Origin: an uncultured Gammaproteobacteria bacterium
Lineage (GTDB): Bacteria > Patescibacteriota > Microgenomatia > UBA10105
DNA: 64,000 bases
NCBI GenBank assembly: GCA_964412165.1
Contig: CAYPMW010000003.1
Location: 10,338-74,337, forward strand
Direction: 5' to 3'
How positions within the stretch are numbered: position 1 is the stretch's first letter; the number at the start of each line of letters is the position of its first letter. The notes under the pieces were generated by a model that was not told where the DNA came from, did not search any database, and saw nothing but the letters and a program-made list of their open reading frames with translations. Of this stretch, positions 56,857 through 64,000 are shown piece after piece. Made by a program: the position numbers and the translations under genes.

Positions 56857-56951
56857 TAGATGGGTGGATACTCGGAACAATTTGGAGTTGTGCAGGGTAT
56901 AAAACGAGTATCAACTAATTGCATGTGATTTGTGAGTTAGTGAGAATCTGG

Positions 56952-57791
56952 CTATTTCAGACGAACAAAATTTCTTCCGTAAACTCCTAAAAATGCCATT
57001 CCCCTTGCTATCCGATCAACCGCAACAGAAGGCACCAGGATAATTTCCGGTATGGTTCTTTTGACATACGCATCCCTATTCGAACTGAAAATTAATTTGC
57101 CTGCAGCTCGCAGTAGCGGGTTCGGCAGACTATCTAACGTTTCTTCATCGATATGACCGCCTTGATTAACCTTGACAATCAGATAATCTGAACCATTAAA
57201 AATGCTATTTATCAGGCAATATGTAGCCAAGGCTCCGATGACAGTTGAATAGGGCTCGGTGTACCCTGCGGTAAGTTTTTCACCCGCCTTAACTGCATAC
57301 GTAAGGTTTACAAATGTCGTAGCGTACGCCATAAGTAGTGGCAGAGTGTAATGGCCAGCATTAAGAAGTTTTTCTCGCAGCACCACCGAAGCCAACGCGC
57401 CCGATATCTCCCTGTTTAGTCTTCTGACAAAAGCTCCAGACGCATTTTGCTCGCTGCTTCTCGTAGAAATTTGTTCGAGAAGACCACCGTTTATGGTGAC
57501 TATCCACTGACCATGGTCAAAATTTAACGTAGAAAACCGATCTTCTCCCATTGATGTACCTGTTTGTTGGTGTGTAGGAGAAACGCCATAACGAGTGTTT
57601 TGAGGCAACGCAAGTTTCTGTTGGACAATTTTTATCGGATGGCGGATATCAGCAGTATCGACAAATCTTCTTGCGAGCTCGGTATCAAAATCCAAATCGC
57701 CACATCGTTTGCCTCGATACTCGAACGAAACCCGTACATCAGGCAACGCAAAAAGTTCTCCAGGTCTTAGTTCTACCGGCATATAAATCAA
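56952..57791 (-). CDS. Hypothetical protein (possibly 2 TM)
   Basis: 279-aa ORF; ATG start probably 57782. Confidence 0.7.
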   Translation of the reverse strand: MIYMPVELRPGELFALPDVRVSFEYRGKRCGDLDFDTELARRFVDTADIRHPIKIVQQKLALPQNTRYGVSPTHQQTGTSMGEDRFSTLNFDHGQWIVTINGGLLEQISTRSSEQNASGAFVRRLNREISGALASVVLREKLLNAGHYTLPLLMAYATTFVNLTYAVKAGEKLTAGYTEPYSTVIGALATYCLINSIFNGSDYLIVKVNQGGHIDEETLDSLPNPLLRAAGKLIFSSNRDAYVKRTIPEIILVPSVAVDRIARGMAFLGVYGRNFVRLK

Positions 57792-57910
57792 GTATTATAG
57801 GTATTTTTGAAGATATTTTCAATTTATTAAAATCATTGAATAAAATGTTATGGGATGATTATTATTGAGTATAGTAGCTTATAGTGCTATGATATAAACT
57901 AAATTGGAAT

Positions 57911-58714
57911 ATGAGTAGAGAAATAATCAGTTCCATACCCGCTAGTCTAATAGATTTACCTGGACAAGAATTTAAAGTATATTTATCCGGTGCTCCGCTC
58001 GTAGAATTGGCTCGTTTAGTTCTGGATAGAAGATTGATAGACACATACCCATTCTCACCCGCAAAACAGGCTAAATATCGCCTCAGAACTGGGCAACTTC
58101 ATGATCGCATAATGCAAATACTAGGTGAAAAAGGAATTGTATTGGACTTGCCTGATACTCCAGCACCGGAACCAATAGTGAAAGAACATGCTGAAGAAGC
58201 TATGATGGATTTGCAGTCTTACCCCTCATCAAGTTTAGTTGCTGGATTAACACTAGCTGCAATTGTGTTACCGGAGGGTGAACGGAAAATACCTCACGCC
58301 TCAAGCAGTGCTCATACGGAACGATACGAACCAGTGGGAGTATCTAAAAATCATGTCTTCATATCCCCCACTGGGATAATTCGGCATTCTGACGGTCTCA
58401 CCCTAAACGTCTATAGCCTCAACATGGTCGACTCAGGCGAAGTAATAGTTAACAAAGGAAGACTCATCCAGATGCTTCATGGGGATTCTGTCCATACGAC
58501 AGAATATAAACCAATTTCTTTCGTCGCACGCGGCCAAGACGGCAAATTCCATGTTGATCTTGGGCAAATCCATACATGGAGCCTCACCGAGCTTGGTGAA
58601 TTTGTACTCCCCCTGGTGATTGATCCATGTGTGATGGTCGAGTTTTTAGGACTTGGAGGCGCGCTGCATATCAATCGAGATCTTTTAGCGGAAGTAAAAA
58701 AAATAGTCCGCTGA
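57911..58714 (+). CDS. Hypothetical protein
   Basis: 267-aa ORF, divergent from 56952..57791. Confidence 0.7.
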   Translation: MSREIISSIPASLIDLPGQEFKVYLSGAPLVELARLVLDRRLIDTYPFSPAKQAKYRLRTGQLHDRIMQILGEKGIVLDLPDTPAPEPIVKEHAEEAMMDLQSYPSSSLVAGLTLAAIVLPEGERKIPHASSSAHTERYEPVGVSKNHVFISPTGIIRHSDGLTLNVYSLNMVDSGEVIVNKGRLIQMLHGDSVHTTEYKPISFVARGQDGKFHVDLGQIHTWSLTELGEFVLPLVIDPCVMVEFLGLGGALHINRDLLAEVKKIVR

Positions 58715-58716
58715 AT

Positions 58717-59304
58717 TCAGGGGATTTTCAAAACTCTCATAGTATCAATAATTTTTTGCCGATGCGCTTCAATACTTTCTCTACCCTCAACCAATGCATC
58801 TTGACATCTATCAAGATATTTCAATGCCTCAGCTGCATAGTGTCGAAGTCCAATTTCGCTAATCACAATACTATCACTGCCTGAAATCATAAGTATAGTC
58901 CCCTTTTTGTGGATTCCGTGTGTATGAAAGAAGCGCAATTGAGGCGTATTTTCTACAAGTTTGTTTTCGAGATGTTCATCTTGCCTAACTAATTGTAATC
59001 CAGGATCCTCAGTAAATGGATACCATTCGTATTGCATCAGGACAAATTCCCGCGCTCCGGGAGTTGGTGAGGTCAAAATTGAACTTTTTTCTATCTTCCA
59101 GCCGTATAATCTTTTGCGCCTACGTATTATTGTGAGTGGCGTAGGCAGAAGATCTCTGGGCTTTATCAAATGATCTATTTTAAGCTCTTTCAACAGTAAA
59201 CTTAATTCCATCTCCGGTGAGGTTGGTTCAGATGACTGTGCATCACTATTGTCAATATTCACACGCTTCCGGAATCTTCGGATGAAACTTTCGGGAGAAG
59301 CCAT
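58717..59304 (-). CDS. Hypothetical protein
   Basis: 195-aa ORF just downstream of rseP. Confidence 0.65.
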   Translation of the reverse strand: MASPESFIRRFRKRVNIDNSDAQSSEPTSPEMELSLLLKELKIDHLIKPRDLLPTPLTIIRRRKRLYGWKIEKSSILTSPTPGAREFVLMQYEWYPFTEDPGLQLVRQDEHLENKLVENTPQLRFFHTHGIHKKGTILMISGSDSIVISEIGLRHYAAEALKYLDRCQDALVEGRESIEAHRQKIIDTMRVLKIP

Positions 59305-59328
59305 GTTTTTTTACTCTCTGGCACAGAG

Positions 59329-60420
59329 TCAACCTTTAAAATACCGAACCAGGTCATTCGCTGTCACTAAAGCAATAAAGACCAGCAGAAGTATCATGCC
59401 AATTTGATGGGCTAAGCGTTCAGCTTTCGGCTGTATCCTGTGTCCGATAAATTTCTCAAATACGACGAACATGAGCCGTCCGCCATCAAGCGCCGGAATT
59501 GGTAGGAGATTGAATATCGCTAAATTTATTGACAAAAGTCCTGTTAAATTCAACACCTCCACTAGACCACCTTGTTTGACTGCTACATCAGTTGCTTTGT
59601 AAATAGCTATTGGTCCACCGACTTCAAGGCGGGTAAATTGAAACGTCACGAGTTGGTAAAGTAAGTTAACGAGCGCTTTTAGGATCAAAAACGAAAACCC
59701 GATCGCCCACATGAGTCCTTCAATCGGTGCTTTGTACCACGGGTATTGGACTTCGCGCACCGCGGTAGATATACGCACCCCCAGTGGACCTTGATCAGCC
59801 GGAGGATTCTGTCGCGGTGTGATTTTGATTTGAATTGTGTCTACACCTTTTTCGACAGTCCTCTTGACAGTCAAAATCACTGTCTTCCCTCTTTCTTGTG
59901 CTATAGCGTCTATAAGCATTTGTGACTCGATAATATCGCGGTTATTTACTCTCACAATAACATCGCCCACACGAAGTTCAGATACTTCAGCTGGCGACTG
60001 AGCCATAATTTCGTCGATCCTCACTCCCTCAGGCACTGCCACACCACGGGTAAATATATATGAAATGATGGCCACTCCAAGGATGAAATTCATTAGTACT
60101 CCGGCAAGCAGTACTACTGCCCGTTCTTTTTTGGATCTGGCAAAAAAATACCGCTTGAGACTTTCTCCTACCTTTTTGGTACTAGACTCTTCTTCGACAT
60201 CTTCACCCAAAAGCCGCACAAATCCGCCGATCGGCAATAAGTTGATTGAATAGATAGTTTCCCCGATTTTTTTACCCCACACACGCGGTGGTAATCCAAA
60301 CCCGAATTCTTCTACTTTGATACCCAATTTCTTGGCCACAATAAAATGACCAAATTCATGGACAAATACCAATATGGAAAGGACCAGGAAAAATACTAGA
60401 AGTGTAGGTACACCAAACAT
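59329..60420 (-). CDS. rseP: RIP metalloprotease RseP (M50) with PDZ domain
   Basis: HEFGH, PIGGFV, NLLPIPALDGG. Confidence 0.95.
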   Translation of the reverse strand: MFGVPTLLVFFLVLSILVFVHEFGHFIVAKKLGIKVEEFGFGLPPRVWGKKIGETIYSINLLPIGGFVRLLGEDVEEESSTKKVGESLKRYFFARSKKERAVVLLAGVLMNFILGVAIISYIFTRGVAVPEGVRIDEIMAQSPAEVSELRVGDVIVRVNNRDIIESQMLIDAIAQERGKTVILTVKRTVEKGVDTIQIKITPRQNPPADQGPLGVRISTAVREVQYPWYKAPIEGLMWAIGFSFLILKALVNLLYQLVTFQFTRLEVGGPIAIYKATDVAVKQGGLVEVLNLTGLLSINLAIFNLLPIPALDGGRLMFVVFEKFIGHRIQPKAERLAHQIGMILLLVFIALVTANDLVRYFKG

Positions 60421-60533
60421 ATCACTTAATTATCCAACATCTAGTTTAAAAAATAAAGTCACAGAAATGACGTTTTCATTCATAAAATAGGGACTGTTTA
60501 ATGTGAGTGATTTTGATAAACCAAGTACCGTGG

Positions 60534-61097
60534 TTATATTTGTAGAAGCTCCTGTTCTTTTTTATCACCAAGCTCTTCAAGTTGGTCAACCATTTCATCA
60601 GTCACGTCCTGAATCTTTTTTTCAAAACGCTTTTTGTCATCTTCAGTAAATTCCTTAGCTTCATAAGCACGTTTGAGATCAGCCATTTTTTCGTGACGGA
60701 TTTGCCGGATCATGACTTTACCTGCTTCAAGTTTAGCTTTAGCTAGTTTAAGGTATTCTTGGCGTCTCTCCTCAGATAATGGCGGAATTGAAATGCGGAT
60801 ATTTTCATTATCTGTTACTGGCGTGAACCCGATATTTGCCTCCATGATCCCCCTGACAATATCCTCTTTGGTAGACGGGTCATAAGGGTGAATAAGTAGC
60901 GTCTTTGCGTCACTTGAGGTGATGGTAGCAAGCTCTCTAAGCTTGAGTTTGGTTGAGCCACCATAAGTCAGAATCTCTATATATTCAACTAATTGAGGAG
61001 TCGCTCTTCCCGTCCGAACCGAACCCAAATCATTTTTAGTCACTCCAAACGCTTTCTGCATCTGCAATCGGAGCTCGCTAATCAACTGATCATCCAT
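60534..61097 (-). CDS. frr: Ribosome recycling factor
   Basis: RTGRATP, IPPLSEERR, IRQIR, KEQELL. Confidence 0.96.
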   Translation of the reverse strand: MDDQLISELRLQMQKAFGVTKNDLGSVRTGRATPQLVEYIEILTYGGSTKLKLRELATITSSDAKTLLIHPYDPSTKEDIVRGIMEANIGFTPVTDNENIRISIPPLSEERRQEYLKLAKAKLEAGKVMIRQIRHEKMADLKRAYEAKEFTEDDKKRFEKKIQDVTDEMVDQLEELGDKKEQELLQI

Positions 61098-61219
61098 TTA
61101 TTTTATTATAGCGTGATTTAATTTTTATGCAAATCGCGTATTGACAAGATTTTCAATCATACATTGTGCGTAAGTTTAAATACAGTGATTGCATCAATGA
61201 AGTTATTAAACCAAGCTGG

Positions 61220-61681
61220 TTAATCCACGCCGAGCACGAATCGACTAAAACGGGTGACGCGAATATTTTCGCCAAGTTTATAAGTCGCTTCTTTAACTAG
61301 ATCCTTGACTGTCACTTTGGGATCGCGGATATAAGGTTGTTTCAGAAGTTCTTCAACATTTTTCGGGTTCATCGCTGATACCTGCATGGCAAGTTCATGT
61401 GCCAGTTTTCTGAAATCTTCGGTTCTTGCGACAAAGTCGGTTTCGCAGTTGACTTCGACTAATACCCCAATCTTTCCTCCTGCGTGAACGTATGATTCTA
61501 CGATTCCCTGGGCCGTTTCGCGTTCCGCTTTTTTGGCCGCCTTTTCAATCCCTTTATCTTTCAGGAAACTTTGGGCTTTGGCTATGTCGCCGCCGGATCT
61601 TTCAAGCGCTTCACGGCATTCGGCAATACCGGCGCCAGTCAGTTCTCTGAGTTTTTTGATTTTTTCGATATCCATAACCAT
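61220..61681 (-). CDS. tsf: Elongation factor Ts (short form)
   Basis: IKKLRELTGAGIAEC, VEVNCETDFVAR, LGENIRVTRF. Confidence 0.96.
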   Translation of the reverse strand: MVMDIEKIKKLRELTGAGIAECREALERSGGDIAKAQSFLKDKGIEKAAKKAERETAQGIVESYVHAGGKIGVLVEVNCETDFVARTEDFRKLAHELAMQVSAMNPKNVEELLKQPYIRDPKVTVKDLVKEATYKLGENIRVTRFSRFVLGVD

Positions 61682-61683
61682 TT

Positions 61684-62568
61684 TTAAACAGCTGTTTTGA
61701 TTTTTTCAACTGTTTCTTTTTTCATTGTTGGTTTCCTTGTCTTCTTATTTAGCGCATCTCCCTTTTTATCCTTTACTTCTTTGGGTTTTACTGGTTTTAC
61801 CGTATCAATTTTCACTTGCGTCTCGATGGATTCCACCTGGGTGGGTGCCCCTTTTTCCTTATCTTTCGCCGCCTGATTTTTTTCAGCCTGTAGTTTACCT
61901 TCATGACACGCATCCGCAAGATAAGAAACCAACAACTTGATTGACCCCACCGCATCATCATTGGCGGGTATGGGATAGGAAATCGGCGTTGGATCTGAAT
62001 TTGTATCAACTATAGCGATAACGGGAATATTCATTTTTACTGCTTCATTAACTGCTACTTTTTCACGGTTGATATCAACCACAACGATCGCATCGGGAAG
62101 GGCAGTAATATTTGCTACTCCTCCGTAAAATTCATGAAGACGCCTTAAATACCGCATAAGTTTGATCCTCTCATGTTTCGGGTATTTCTTCCAGGCTCCG
62201 CTTTTTTCCTCTTCTTCGAGCCGCCTGATTTTTTCCAAATTTTTTCGCACTTGCTCCCAATTGGTGAAAAATCCTCCAATCCAGCGATGTGAGATAAATG
62301 GCACGCCAACGCGAACTGATTCTTCCTTTATTACACTTGAAGCCTGACGTTTGGTACCTAAAAACAATACCATACCGCCCTTGAGTGTCAGAGCTTTCAC
62401 AAATTGGGCAGCTCTGGTAAGACCCGCTTTCGTCTGAGCAAGGTCAATAACATGAATTCCTTCACGCGCCTGGTAAATAAAAGGCGAAGCCTTGGGATGC
62501 CACCGGTCTACTTTGTGTCCAAAATGGCAACCTGCTTCAAGTAGTGCTTTAAGTGCTATCTCATCCAT
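61684..62568 (-). CDS. rpsB: 30S ribosomal protein S2
   Basis: LLEAGCHFGH, GTKRQA, RWIGG, DTNSDP, PANDD; Lys-rich tail; start at ATG 62568. Confidence 0.97.
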   Translation of the reverse strand: MDEIALKALLEAGCHFGHKVDRWHPKASPFIYQAREGIHVIDLAQTKAGLTRAAQFVKALTLKGGMVLFLGTKRQASSVIKEESVRVGVPFISHRWIGGFFTNWEQVRKNLEKIRRLEEEEKSGAWKKYPKHERIKLMRYLRRLHEFYGGVANITALPDAIVVVDINREKVAVNEAVKMNIPVIAIVDTNSDPTPISYPIPANDDAVGSIKLLVSYLADACHEGKLQAEKNQAAKDKEKGAPTQVESIETQVKIDTVKPVKPKEVKDKKGDALNKKTRKPTMKKETVEKIKTAV

Positions 62569-62675
62569 AAAAAAACGCACCAATACGCCGGTGCATCATG
62601 GCGTATCTCTTTGGTCCTCCACTCAGATAATCCATGTTACTCATGGACAAGAGATACTGTCTAAGTGTGAGTAGT
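62569..62675 (-). promoter_or_regulatory. rpsB (S2) leader RNA
   Basis: Minus strand CACACTTAGA...TCTGAGTGGAGG stem typical of S2 leaders; GTATCTCTT/AAGAGATAC potential pseudoknot; TTGAGA-16-TATAAT promoter at 62709-62682. Confidence 0.65.
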
Positions 62676-62828
62676 ACCGTTATTATATCGCAAACTCGTA
62701 AATTCTCAAGTAGAGGCTTGTGTACTATTGAGTTTATTAAGTCGTGATCTGTGAAAACATGAGAGTACTAAAAATTTTAGGAGTCGGGAGTAACAATTGA
62801 ACGACTTCGCTTAAATCGCAATGTTATA

Positions 62829-64000
62829 TTAGTAATAATCAATGACTAACTCTGGGAAGCTCCCCTTGGCATCTTTGGAAAAGTATTCTGCATTGTTATT
62901 TACATCAGTCTTAACGACAAATGTATATAAGTTTTCACTTGATTTGACAACATTCGACACATCCCAGGCATACCAATTACCGTTATGTACATCCTTTACT
63001 GTATCTAATTTCGATCCATCAATAGTTGGCTGGGTTTTCCAAGTGATCTCATTTTCCTTCCACCCATCAACCGAAGTGTAAAACATGTCTCCGCCTTTAG
63101 AGCTGGAATTTGAATTGTACATCCTCACCTTTGCACTTTTAATTTGGGTGGGCATGGAGTCGATTTTAAACTTCATCCAAATAAATCTTGTAGGACTGTT
63201 GTCTACAGTAAGCACAGTACTTACGCCAAAATTATCATTTGGTTTGTCCTTGTCTGTAAAGCTATCGTGATTTGGATTTACCCTGAGAGTCTTAAGCTGA
63301 GGAGTAGGAGTCGGGGTAGGTTTTGGAGTCGGACTTGGATTGGGTATCGATGTTGGAGTAGGCTTGAGAGACGGTTTAGGCGTCTGGGTAGGTGTCGGAG
63401 AAGGTCTAATTAACGCCGTTGGTGTGGGTGACATTCTCACACTAGGTGAAGGTGATCCGGTTTTGTTTCCATCATTCCTGATTTTTGGATCTGTATCATT
63501 TAAAAATTCTTCGACATTTAAGTACCCGTCGCCGTCGGCATCGGTAAATCCATCTGCGGCATTACTTGGAGAAAATCCATACTGCTTTTCAAAGTCGTCA
63601 GACATGCCGTCTTTGTCTGTATCGGTATAGGGAAATCCGCCTGATAGATTTGGCCAGCCACCAACGTCATTTGGCGAATCAATAATGACTCCCTGACCAG
63701 TACTTACATTGGAGATCAACCGGTTATCAACTGAGTCAAGCTTAGGTAGCGTCGCACCGACTTTTTTCTGATTGATTAATTCGTCATATGCAGTTTGTGC
63801 ACTCTTCACATATGAGGCTTCAAGCATTGGCGTATACGGATCAGCTTTAGTACTGATGCCACCGCAGAATTGAGTCATTCCCTGATCAAGATCCTCATCA
63901 TTTATATAGACTGGTTTATTAGTGGCTGGATCATAAGGGTTGGATCTGAAAGCACAATCAGTTTTGGAAGCTTTACCTTTCTTCCAGGTATTTCCCAGCA
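62829..64000 (-). CDS. C-terminal part of a pectate-lyase-like protein with Pro/Thr linker and DNRLRE/CBM96-like domain; gene starts beyond the window
   Basis: Frame is open to the window edge; [43 protein letters not shown] (PL1-type C-terminus); PTPT linker; DSFTD...NFG...[12 protein letters not shown]...PELVI. Confidence 0.75.
   Translation of the reverse strand, partial: LGNTWKKGKASKTDCAFRSNPYDPATNKPVYINDEDLDQGMTQFCGGISTKADPYTPMLEASYVKSAQTAYDELINQKKVGATLPKLDSVDNRLISNVSTGQGVIIDSPNDVGGWPNLSGGFPYTDTDKDGMSDDFEKQYGFSPSNAADGFTDADGDGYLNVEEFLNDTDPKIRNDGNKTGSPSPSVRMSPTPTALIRPSPTPTQTPKPSLKPTPTSIPNPSPTPKPTPTPTPQLKTLRVNPNHDSFTDKDKPNDNFGVSTVLTVDNSPTRFIWMKFKIDSMPTQIKSAKVRMYNSNSSSKGGDMFYTSVDGWKENEITWKTQPTIDGSKLDTVKDVHNGNWYAWDVSNVVKSSENLYTFVVKTDVNNNAEYFSKDAKGSFPELVIDYY

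Noticed and set aside
58691-58714. Second GAAGTAAAAAAAA slippery site
   Set aside because: The -1 frame hits TAG immediately and the next gene is convergent, so no fusion is possible.
61220-61681. Short EF-Ts and missing pyrH as novelties
   Set aside because: Short EF-Ts forms and reduced nucleotide metabolism are already familiar in CPR and other lineages.
1-64000. Alternative genetic code (UGA=Gly)
   Set aside because: Conserved genes are uninterrupted in code 11 and several end in TGA.

Overview
Chromosomal segment of a small-genome bacterium, most likely Patescibacteria/CPR of the Microgenomates type. This is inferred from the short EF-Ts, rpsB-tsf-frr without pyrH, the CPR-style type IV pilin cluster, weak Shine-Dalgarno use and many orphan ORFs. 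TGA is used as a stop, so code 11 applies. Housekeeping genes include hisS, rpmE, prfA, rpsF-ssb-rpsR, ychF, thyA-folA, cysS, recR, prs, dnaX-ybaB, ybeY, rpsU, proS, rseP, frr, tsf and rpsB. The window also holds HtrA and CtpA proteases, a type IV pilus operon with an adjacent two-component system, and an accessory patch (NYN protein, REP-associated tyrosine transposase with REPs, atypical tRNA-Gly, beta-propeller, TspO, IS200/605-derived mini-element). Best candidates for new biology: (1) an orphan ORF joined to an RpoD-like sigma factor by an A9/A_AAA_AAC -1 frameshift site, predicting a 630-aa sigma fusion; (2) a proS T-box riboswitch with an ultra-short Stem I and Pro specifier, plus an AUA start codon for proS; (3) a NusA-NTD-like domain fused to a large VIT-domain membrane protein; (4) an RF1 lacking domain 1; (5) a catalytically degenerate RNase II-like protein with a dsRBD. 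All family assignments are by eye from motifs; no database searches were run.
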